Shown here: positions 56,740 through 64,000 of the stretch, in pieces | Numbering within the stretch: position 1 is the stretch's first letter | How the letters are laid out: each line of letters starts with the position of its first letter | DNA from: Candidatus Woesebacteria bacterium RIFCSPHIGHO2_01_FULL_39_23 | Lineage (GTDB): Bacteria; Patescibacteriota; Microgenomatia; UBA8517 | DNA: 64,000 bases | Direction: 5' to 3' | Assembly (NCBI GenBank): GCA_001792305.1 | Contig: MGGH01000023.1 | Coordinates: forward strand, 34,347-98,346 | The notes under the pieces: model-generated | What the model was told of the DNA's origin: nothing | The model's database searches: none | What the model saw: only the letters and a program-made list of their open reading frames with translations | Program-made: the position numbers and the translations under genes

Positions 56740-57363
56740 ATGAGAACAATAGGCAAGACATTAAAAGACGCGAGAATCCAAAAAGGAATAGTTCTTACGG
56801 ATTTGGCGAAGATAACCAAGATTAAAAAAGATTTTTTGGTGGCCCTTGAAAAAGAAGATTGGAGTAAGCTTCCGGAATATCCAGTGGTCGCTGGTTTTGT
56901 AAAAACTCTGGGGAATTTTTTTGGACTTGGGGAAAAGCAGGCAATGGCACTTTTACGTCGTGATTATCCGCCTAAAACTTTGTCAGTTAACCCTAAACCT
57001 GACGTTGAAAATAAATTCATTTGGAGTCCGAGAAAATCGTTTTTCACTGGGATTATGATCGTATTTGTTTTTGTTGCGGGATACCTCCTTTTCCAATACA
57101 CGAGGTTTGTTAGTCCACCGGTTCTTCGAGTTTCGGAACCACTTGAAAATTATTCAACTAAGGAAACAGTAGTGAGGGTTATAGGGGTGACAAATCCTTC
57201 AAGTGCTGTTAGAGTCAATAATCAACCTGTAACTGTTGACGACAATGGCAATTTTGAGACAGAGCTTGAAGTTCTACCGGGGGAATTTAGAATAATGGTA
57301 AAATCTGTTTCCAGATCTGGCAAAGAAACTGTGGTTGAAAGGACTATTAAAGTGGAGGAGTAA
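56740..57363 (+). CDS. rodZ: RodZ-like HTH cytoskeleton protein
   Basis: N-terminal HTH (IGKTLKDARIQKGIVLTDLAKITKI), a TM helix and a C-terminal beta domain. Confidence 0.55.
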   Translation: MRTIGKTLKDARIQKGIVLTDLAKITKIKKDFLVALEKEDWSKLPEYPVVAGFVKTLGNFFGLGEKQAMALLRRDYPPKTLSVNPKPDVENKFIWSPRKSFFTGIMIVFVFVAGYLLFQYTRFVSPPVLRVSEPLENYSTKETVVRVIGVTNPSSAVRVNNQPVTVDDNGNFETELEVLPGEFRIMVKSVSRSGKETVVERTIKVEE

Positions 57364-57605
57364 TGGAAAGTGTGCAGGTAATACTGGTTATAGTTGTGGT
57401 TTCGTTAACAATTTTACTTCTTGCTGTCGGTGTAGAGGTGTTTCTTATAATGCTTGATCTAAAGCGAGCGGTCAAAAGACTGAATTCATTACTTGAAGAT
57501 TCCATTATTGGTGGTGGACTTCTTCGCCCTGAAAAGCTGACGAGCATTCTTGAAATCTTCAAAAGAAAAAAAGTCTCCGACACCCGCTCTAAAGGAGAAA
57601 GTTAA
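57363..57605 (+). CDS. Small membrane protein, hypothetical
   Basis: 80 aa with one TM helix. Confidence 0.3.
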   Translation: MESVQVILVIVVVSLTILLLAVGVEVFLIMLDLKRAVKRLNSLLEDSIIGGGLLRPEKLTSILEIFKRKKVSDTRSKGES

Positions 57606-57976
57606 TCTTTGTACTTTGAATAAGTTTTTAAAAGCTTCTTATCAAAACTTCTAAGTTGGGATTCTGAGTTTAGAACTTCGGCCACTAGTAGAGAATCATA
57701 AAAACTTATATTTTCGCTTTTGTATATATTTAGTGCCAAATGCACGAAGGAAGAAGTTGAAATGTTAGACTGTTTTACCAGTGAAATTAAAATGTCACAC
57801 AGCTCGTTCTTGTTTGCTTTGTAGTGTGTCTCAAGAATATAAACCGTTTCAGCCAGCACAATATTAGCTATGTATATCTTATCTTTTTCAATAATTTTCT
57901 TTGCGATTTGTGCCTGGACTTTTATATCTTCGGTTAGAAAGCGTACGATATAGTTTGTGTCCAAGTAGGTAGCCAT
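57602..57976 (-). CDS. vapC: PIN-domain toxin VapC
   Basis: YLDTNYIV carries the first acidic residue; further acidic residues in LAETVY and FYDSL. Confidence 0.65.
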   Translation of the reverse strand: MATYLDTNYIVRFLTEDIKVQAQIAKKIIEKDKIYIANIVLAETVYILETHYKANKNELCDILISLVKQSNISTSSFVHLALNIYKSENISFYDSLLVAEVLNSESQLRSFDKKLLKTYSKYKD

Positions 57977-58025
57977 TTTATACCAAAAATACCTTAATCT
58001 GCATTAGAAATAGCATTTTTGGGGA

Positions 58026-58307
58026 TCATAATCTCTTGCGAGAGTTATAAACTCGAGTAAGAGGAGTATATCTATCTGAAAATAGACCTTTATTTATTAA
58101 ATCGCCCATTTTCTTGGATGAAATCGGCTTAACTTTTGTGTTTTTTAGCGATCCATAGAGTTGATCGATTGATAGAAGTTTTTCAATAACGAATTTACCT
58201 CCGACTTTATTAAAAATGATCCTGTCGGAAGGTTTAACGTTTAGCTCTTTCCTTATATTAATCGGAAGAGTAACCTGTCCTTTAACAGTTAAGGTGGATG
58301 TTAACAT
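58026..58307 (-). CDS. vapB: AbrB/MazE-type antitoxin (VapB-like)
   Basis: TLTVKGQVTLPINIRKELNVKPSDRIIF is a SpoVT/AbrB swapped-hairpin fold. Confidence 0.6.
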   Translation of the reverse strand: MLTSTLTVKGQVTLPINIRKELNVKPSDRIIFNKVGGKFVIEKLLSIDQLYGSLKNTKVKPISSKKMGDLINKGLFSDRYTPLTRVYNSRKRL

Positions 58308-58418
58308 ATACTGACATATTACAATAAGTATTACTTTTTGTCAATAGTAATACCTGAAATGAAATTAAAAGAGAGATTGTTTTGGGAGAAAGTTAAAACA
58401 GTGTGTTAGAATTCCTAT

Positions 58419-59249
58419 ATGAGTAGTGAACCTGGAGTCGGAGAGTTTTCTCTAACTGTTGACACGAAATTCAGGTTTAAGAATGGTGAACCATTAGAAA
58501 CTAAATCAGGACCTCTTTCGAATTTATTTGCTGAAATTACACAAAGAGCTCTTGAAGTTTTAGAAGTAAAGTCTGTTGTTTTAGTAGCCGGACCTTCGGG
58601 GATAGGTAAAACAGAGTTGTTTTTGGGTAATTTAGGAATAGGTGCTTCTCCAATTGAAGCAGGAGGGATTGCAACAGCATTATCGAGAAAAGGAGTTACT
58701 TGGTGGTACGAAAATTTGCAAACGAGAGATGAATATCTTCAATGCGCTGCGTTTGGTAGACCTGTGGATAGTGAAGGTGAAGAGATAATTAGAAATATTA
58801 GACGAGCACAAATTTTACTTTTGGACGAAGGTGGATTGTTGGCAGTTAGTGAGGAGCTGTCGGCTGCGGTTGTAAAATTTGTTGGTGATGGTAAAAAGTT
58901 TGTTATTGTAGGTGGAAGTACGGCGTCTTCAAGTGAACAACTGGATGCTATGAGTCAATCATTGGTTGGAGTTGGATTGGAGATTGGTGAGGATCAAAGA
59001 ATTAAACTTGTTCCGAACCTTTTGACTCCCAGTCAGGCTGAAGAATTACTGATGGCCAGGGGAGGAAGAATGAATCAAGAAGCCGCTCGAGCAATAGTGC
59101 AAAGGTATGGGGAGTTGGGAGTGCCATTAATGTTTAGAACTGTATGGTATGCACAATATCTGTTACCGGACATGTCTATACAGCACGCAGTAAAACTTAT
59201 TGACAAATATAGTCTACTTGAAGTGGTTAGACACGTAGAAAAGATTTAA
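58419..59249 (+). CDS. Uncharacterised P-loop NTPase
   Basis: Walker A VLVAGPSGIGKTE and Walker B ILLLDEGG. 276 aa with no further family assignment. Confidence 0.45.
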   Translation: MSSEPGVGEFSLTVDTKFRFKNGEPLETKSGPLSNLFAEITQRALEVLEVKSVVLVAGPSGIGKTELFLGNLGIGASPIEAGGIATALSRKGVTWWYENLQTRDEYLQCAAFGRPVDSEGEEIIRNIRRAQILLLDEGGLLAVSEELSAAVVKFVGDGKKFVIVGGSTASSSEQLDAMSQSLVGVGLEIGEDQRIKLVPNLLTPSQAEELLMARGGRMNQEAARAIVQRYGELGVPLMFRTVWYAQYLLPDMSIQHAVKLIDKYSLLEVVRHVEKI

Positions 59250-59273
59250 ATTTAAAGCTATAATTGCTTCACA

Positions 59274-61031
59274 ATGACTTCAAACGAAGTTCGGAAAAAA
59301 TATATTGATTTTTTTGTAAAAAGGGGGCATGTAGAGATTCCACCAGCGCCCTTGGTTTTGGAAAATGATCCAACCACACTTTTCACCTCAAGTGGTATGC
59401 AACCATTGGTCCCGTATCTTATGGGCGAGCCTCATCCAAAAGGGAAAAGATTAGTAAATTCCCAACCTTCGATTCGAGTGCAGGATATTGAAGAAGTCGG
59501 TGACAATCGGCACATGACATTTTTCGAGATGTTAGGTAATTGGAGCTTGGGTGATTATTTCAAAGCCGAGCAATTGCCTTGGATCTGGGAATTTTTAACC
59601 AAAGAATTAGTTCTTCCCAAAGATCGGCTTTGGGTGAGCATCTTTGAGGGGTCAAAGGAAGTTCCGCGCGACGAAGAATCTGCGAATATCTGGAAAAAAC
59701 TTGGTGTTCCAGAGAGTAAGATATTTTATTATCCCGCAGAGAAAAATTGGTGGAGCAGGTCAGGAACACCAGAAGAAATGCCGACAGGCGAAATCGGTGG
59801 TCCCGATTCGGAGGTGTTTTATGAATTTGCGCAGGTAAAGCATGATCTGAGATTCGGCGACAAGTGCCACCCAAATTGTGACTGCGGAAGGTTTTTGGAG
59901 ATAGCTAACTCCGTCTTTATTCAATACAGAAAAGGTAAAGATGGAAAGCTTGAGGATTTGCCCCAAAAAAATGTTGATTTTGGCGGAGGGTTGGAGAGAA
60001 TAGTTACTGCAGTTAATAATGATCCGGACAATTTTAATATCGATCTGTTTCAAGGTTTTATCAAAGAGGTTGAGAAGGTAAGTGATATACCCTATGGTAA
60101 AAATCCCGGCGGTGACAGAAGCTATAGAATTGTAGCAGATCACCTACGAGCTTCAGTGATGTTAATATCAAGTGGTGTTTTACCGTCAAACAAAGGTCAG
60201 GGATACGTTTTAAGAAGGTTAGTTAGAAGATGTGTTTTTCACATTTCAAAAATAAAGGGATCTACAAAGCTGCCAGTGATTCGAAATTTAGATAAGTTTG
60301 AATACCCCTTGAAGCTGAAAAGCTGGTCAGAGATATCAAGTGTTATTGATGACGAAGCAAATAAATTTTCGAAAACAATAGACAGAGGGTTAAGGTTAGT
60401 TGGTAAAATAAGTCCGTTTGGTTTGTTCCAGACTTATGGTTTTCCACTTGAATTAATAGAGGAAGCTTTAGCTGAAAAGGGACAAAAAGTTGATAAAAAC
60501 GTATTCAAAAAAGAATTTGAGAAGCATCAAGAAAGGTCAAGAACCGCCTCGAAAGGGATGTTTAAAGGCGGGCTTGGGGGACATTCGGAAACCGAAATTA
60601 AATATCACACGGCGACTCATCTTTTACACCAAGCTCTTCGAAACGTTTTGGGAGAGCACATTCATCAAGCAGGAAGTAATATTACAGCCGAAAGGCTGCG
60701 GTTCGATTTTACTCACCCCTCTAAATTGACAGACGAAGAAATAGAAAAAGTTGAGGGTGAAATAAATAAGAAAATAGACGAAAATTTGAAAGTAACTCGG
60801 GAAAAAATGCCGAAAGAAAAAGCATTAAAAGAAGGTGCTTTGGCCTTTTTTCCGGAAAGATATCCAGATATAACCTCTGTGTATACAATTGGCCCTTTGG
60901 ATAATTCGTACAGCAAAGAACTATGTGGTGGGCCGCATGTCGCCTACACCAGGGAGTTGGGTCGTGTTAAGATAGAGAGGCAAGAATCTGTTGCTCAAGG
61001 GGTGCGCCGGATTTATGCAGTATTAGAATAA
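59274..61031 (+). CDS. alaS: Alanyl-tRNA synthetase, compact form (catalytic plus editing domains; no long C-terminal extension)
   Basis: LFTSSGMQPLVPY, FFEMLGNWSLGDYFK, editing HTATHLLHQAL and CGGPHV motifs. 585 aa. Confidence 0.85.
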   Translation: MTSNEVRKKYIDFFVKRGHVEIPPAPLVLENDPTTLFTSSGMQPLVPYLMGEPHPKGKRLVNSQPSIRVQDIEEVGDNRHMTFFEMLGNWSLGDYFKAEQLPWIWEFLTKELVLPKDRLWVSIFEGSKEVPRDEESANIWKKLGVPESKIFYYPAEKNWWSRSGTPEEMPTGEIGGPDSEVFYEFAQVKHDLRFGDKCHPNCDCGRFLEIANSVFIQYRKGKDGKLEDLPQKNVDFGGGLERIVTAVNNDPDNFNIDLFQGFIKEVEKVSDIPYGKNPGGDRSYRIVADHLRASVMLISSGVLPSNKGQGYVLRRLVRRCVFHISKIKGSTKLPVIRNLDKFEYPLKLKSWSEISSVIDDEANKFSKTIDRGLRLVGKISPFGLFQTYGFPLELIEEALAEKGQKVDKNVFKKEFEKHQERSRTASKGMFKGGLGGHSETEIKYHTATHLLHQALRNVLGEHIHQAGSNITAERLRFDFTHPSKLTDEEIEKVEGEINKKIDENLKVTREKMPKEKALKEGALAFFPERYPDITSVYTIGPLDNSYSKELCGGPHVAYTRELGRVKIERQESVAQGVRRIYAVLE

Positions 61032-61041
61032 AAACCTGTCC

Positions 61042-63213
61042 ATGACTTTGATTAAGTTTGGTTTAGATAGTAAAAACCAAGAGTATTATTGGACCCTGAT
61101 CATTGAAGAGGGCTGGGTTCAAAGTGCCATTTGGAAAATAAACGAGGAAAAAGAAGAGTCTGTTGTAGTTGCAACAAGCTCTCCAGTGCGATGGGAAAAC
61201 GATGAAAATCTGATTGAAACCTCGGACACTTCACTTTCGGCAACGATTCAAAATTTGCCTGAAGGCGTACCTGAACCTTCAAAGACTGTATTTGGCGTTC
61301 CTTCGTCGTGGGTAACTGAAGGTCAAATTAGCCCGGGATACTTGGAGAAAATAAGGCACATCTGCTCAAAACTGTCGTTGGAACCGACCGGTTTTGTAGT
61401 TCTTTCTGAAGCTATAGCGTTTTTAGTTAAGACAAAAGAAGAGTCGTCGTTAAACGCTGTTGTTATAGGTTTGTCAGCGAACCACTTAGAGTTGAGCGTT
61501 TTTAAATTCGGTAAACTTGTCGGTAGCACTAAAGTAGCCCGAAGTGTGTCTTTATTTGATGATACGGTAGAAGGCCTTTCAAGATTTGCCGATGGAAGTC
61601 CAATACCATCTCGCTTCTTGATTTACGACGGGAAAGAAGGAGAGCTCGATGAAGCTAAAGAGGCACTCGTTTCTGCTGATTGGTTGGATGGCTTACCTGA
61701 AAATATCAAATTTGTACACTCTCCAAAGGTAGAAACAATTGATCCTAATGATAAGGTTTTAGCAGTGTCCCTTGCCGGGTCATCCGAAATAGGAAAAGTA
61801 AAAAGTGTGGTAATGGGCGCAAAAAGCGAATTTAATGACGAAGAAAAGGATGGTGAAAAAGTAAAAGTTGTGGAAGTTGTAAGTAACATTAAGGAGCCTG
61901 AAGATGAAGTAAGTCCAGAGGAATTTGGATTTGTACGGGACGGTGATGTAAGTGCGAATGTAGACGAAGAAAGGATTAAGGTTTTTGAAAAAAATAAGGC
62001 CTCGATTGTTTCCAGACTTATCGGTTTAAAAGATTTGCTTTCGTTACCTGGGTTTAAGATCAACGCACCAGGTTCGAGAGGAAAAAAGACTTTGGTTTTT
62101 GGTTTTTCTGCATTTTTTGTGATTGTTTTAACCTTTTTGGTTGTTTGGTGGTTTCTTCCCAAAGCTACAGTTAATATATTTATTTCACCCCGCATCTTGC
62201 AGGAAAAAGACACGATTTCAGTTGACATAAATGCAGTGAAAAGCGACCTTGATGCAAAAGTTATTCCTGGTAATGTTAAAAAGGTAAATGTAGACGCTAG
62301 TAAAACGAAATCAACAACTGGCACAAAGGTGATAGGAGACAAAGCAAAAGGAGTAGTAAAACTTCGAAATGGCACGCCTACAGACGTCAGTTTTTCAGCA
62401 GGGACTGTATTGGAAGGGTCCAATGGTCTCAAATTTAGTCTAGATGAATCTGTATCTGTTTCAGCTGCAATTTCCCCTACCTCTCCAGGTAATTCTAGTG
62501 TACCAGTAACTGCCGAAGCTATTGGTTCCGAATATAACTTGGCTAAAGATGAGACTTTTAAAGTAAGCAATTATCCTAAAAGCGAAATTGACGCTATTTC
62601 CGAATCTGATTTCTCAGGTGGAACCAGCCGTGAGATAGCAGCGGTATCTGAGAAAGATGTCAATATTCTTAAAGAAGAGTTGACAGAAGAGTTGAAAAAT
62701 GAGGCGGAAGAGAAAATTAAAAGTATCCTTTTGGCTAACGAAATATTTATCGAGGGAGCAGTTACGTCAAATGTTTTAAAGAGCGATTTTAGCAATAAAG
62801 TTGGAGACGAAGCTTCTACTTTGGAACTTTCCTTGTCTTTGGAGTTTGGTGGTTTGGTTGTTGATGAATTAGAGTTGGATAACCTTGCCTCAAAACTTCT
62901 GGAAGATGAAACCCCACAAGGATTTTTATATAGGAGAGAACAAATAGATAAAACTTTTAAACTCGAAAGTCAAAAAGACAGTATTTATCAAATTACTGTG
63001 AGTTTTGTTGCCAATCTATTGCCGGATTTAGATATCGACGATATAACGTCCAAAATTGTCGGGAAAACACCGAGTGTCGCAAGTGAATTTCTTCAAACTA
63101 TTCCCGGTTTCAAAAGGGCAGAGATACATATAACCCCCAGATTTCCTGGTAAACTTGGTACTTTACCTAAAGTCAAAAATAATATATCTATAGAAGTCTC
63201 AGCGGTAAAATAG
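61042..63213 (+). CDS. Hypothetical bitopic protein: cytoplasmic N-domain, one mid-protein TM helix, large extracellular C-domain (PilM/N- or GspL-like topology?)
   Basis: 723 aa. FGLDSKNQEYYWTLIIEEGWVQSAIWKI, then a TM helix LVFGFSAFFVIVLTFLVVWWFL around residue 360. Confidence 0.35.
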   Translation: MTLIKFGLDSKNQEYYWTLIIEEGWVQSAIWKINEEKEESVVVATSSPVRWENDENLIETSDTSLSATIQNLPEGVPEPSKTVFGVPSSWVTEGQISPGYLEKIRHICSKLSLEPTGFVVLSEAIAFLVKTKEESSLNAVVIGLSANHLELSVFKFGKLVGSTKVARSVSLFDDTVEGLSRFADGSPIPSRFLIYDGKEGELDEAKEALVSADWLDGLPENIKFVHSPKVETIDPNDKVLAVSLAGSSEIGKVKSVVMGAKSEFNDEEKDGEKVKVVEVVSNIKEPEDEVSPEEFGFVRDGDVSANVDEERIKVFEKNKASIVSRLIGLKDLLSLPGFKINAPGSRGKKTLVFGFSAFFVIVLTFLVVWWFLPKATVNIFISPRILQEKDTISVDINAVKSDLDAKVIPGNVKKVNVDASKTKSTTGTKVIGDKAKGVVKLRNGTPTDVSFSAGTVLEGSNGLKFSLDESVSVSAAISPTSPGNSSVPVTAEAIGSEYNLAKDETFKVSNYPKSEIDAISESDFSGGTSREIAAVSEKDVNILKEELTEELKNEAEEKIKSILLANEIFIEGAVTSNVLKSDFSNKVGDEASTLELSLSLEFGGLVVDELELDNLASKLLEDETPQGFLYRREQIDKTFKLESQKDSIYQITVSFVANLLPDLDIDDITSKIVGKTPSVASEFLQTIPGFKRAEIHITPRFPGKLGTLPKVKNNISIEVSAVK

Positions 63214-63216
63214 AAA

Positions 63217-63906
63217 ATGCGTAAAACACTCTCGAGGATTACATCTTTCGTAATGGGTATTGTAGGGATTTTTATTCTAACTTCCACGCTATTTCCTATT
63301 CTTTCTTATGAATTTTCCTCGTTGGATTCTTTTTCCAACTACCTGTCACCAGTGCCAGAAAAGGACCTAACCGTAATTGAAAAAAGTGGCGATGACCTGA
63401 CTCTTGCTAGTAACTGGTTTGAAGGAGGAGCTAAAAAGGAAGATTTTACTAAGTTGGGCAACATTGACTATTATACATTGTCAATTCCCAAGTTTAAAAT
63501 CGAAAATGCCAAGGTATCGGTTGGAGGAGAGGACTTATCGGAGAATCTCATTCAATACCCAGGCACCGCCTTGCCTGGGAGAATGGGTAATACCGTCATT
63601 TTTGGCCATTCTATCTTACCGCAATTTTTCAACCCTAAAAACTATTTGTCGATCTTTTCTCGCTTGCCAGAGTTAAAAAAGAATGACGAGATAGAGATTT
63701 ATTATGACGGAATATCATATCTTTACAGGGTTGTTGACTTGGTTGAGGTTTACCCAGATGACATTGAAGTACTGGAGCAGCGATGGGGAGATTCTTATTT
63801 AAGCCTTGTTACTTGTGTCCCGCCTGGAGATCCCAGAAAGCCAAGAAGGTTAGTGGTTCGGGCAAAAATTGTCCCACCAGGCGAGGAAACTTTAAGCAAA
63901 ATTTAA
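63217..63906 (+). CDS. Sortase (class E-like transpeptidase)
   Basis: N-terminal TM helix, catalytic His in VIFGHS, catalytic Cys in LSLVTCVPPG (TLxTC-type), and a downstream Arg. Confidence 0.75.
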   Translation: MRKTLSRITSFVMGIVGIFILTSTLFPILSYEFSSLDSFSNYLSPVPEKDLTVIEKSGDDLTLASNWFEGGAKKEDFTKLGNIDYYTLSIPKFKIENAKVSVGGEDLSENLIQYPGTALPGRMGNTVIFGHSILPQFFNPKNYLSIFSRLPELKKNDEIEIYYDGISYLYRVVDLVEVYPDDIEVLEQRWGDSYLSLVTCVPPGDPRKPRRLVVRAKIVPPGEETLSKI

Positions 63907-64000
63907 ATGAAGCTTCTAGGAGTTGACTTTGGACGCAAAAAAATCGGGATTGCCTTTTCAGAGACGAAAATTGCAAAGCCATTGGTTGTCTTGAAAGGCG
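63907..64000 (+). CDS. ruvX: Holliday junction resolvase-like RuvX/YqgF, N-terminal fragment; continues beyond the window
   Basis: MKLLGVDFGRKKIGIAFSETKIAKPLVVLKG. Confidence 0.75.
   Translation, partial: MKLLGVDFGRKKIGIAFSETKIAKPLVVLKG

Noticed and set aside
61623-62570. 315-aa Ser/Thr-rich reverse-strand ORF
   Set aside because: It is antisense to the 723-aa forward-strand gene. The low-complexity S/T/L composition is typical of an antisense frame artefact.
1-64000. CRISPR arrays, rRNA genes, IS/transposase genes
   Set aside because: No regularly spaced short repeats, no rRNA-like conserved stretches, and no transposase or integrase-like ORFs were seen in any frame. tRNAs cannot be excluded by eye; intergenic regions over 100 bp were inspected without finding a convincing cloverleaf.

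Overview
This is a 64-kb, AT-rich (roughly 38-40% GC), gene-dense bacterial window. Its features resemble a reduced CPR/Patescibacteria-like genome, though that attribution is inference: short infB and alaS, a J-domain protein without zinc finger, type IV pilus PilN/PilO, a sortase, and many GT-C membrane glycosyltransferases. Housekeeping content includes metG (partial), rmuC, a CIRCE-hrcA-grpE-dnaK-dnaJ operon, nusA-infB, rpsT, murJ, rpsO-pnp, RNase J, ftsK, a rodZ-like gene, alaS, ruvX (partial), two UvrD-family helicases and a vapBC pair. Accessory content, in window order: (1) a 3-kb two-gene glycan cassette (GH26-like hydrolase plus processive GT2 synthase) bracketed by a perfect 77-bp direct repeat that duplicates the 3' end of an ASCH-like gene; (2) a FemAB/lipase-like locus carrying a retropepsin-like aspartic protease plus a small protein, flanked by a duplicated FemAB 5' fragment; (3) a UvrD/PcrA helicase whose N-terminus (Walker A) sits behind a 1-nt homopolymer frameshift; (4) an LCP gene followed by a run of GT-C/PMT-like glycosyltransferases, a Pro/Thr-rich surface protein and other surface proteins; (5) a higher-GC island of six unrecognisable ORFs between the infB locus and rpsO-pnp, where rbfA/truB normally sit; (6) a Lon-like AAA+ protein with no peptidase domain. 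I saw no rRNA, tRNA or CRISPR array by eye, but tRNAs cannot be excluded without a scan.
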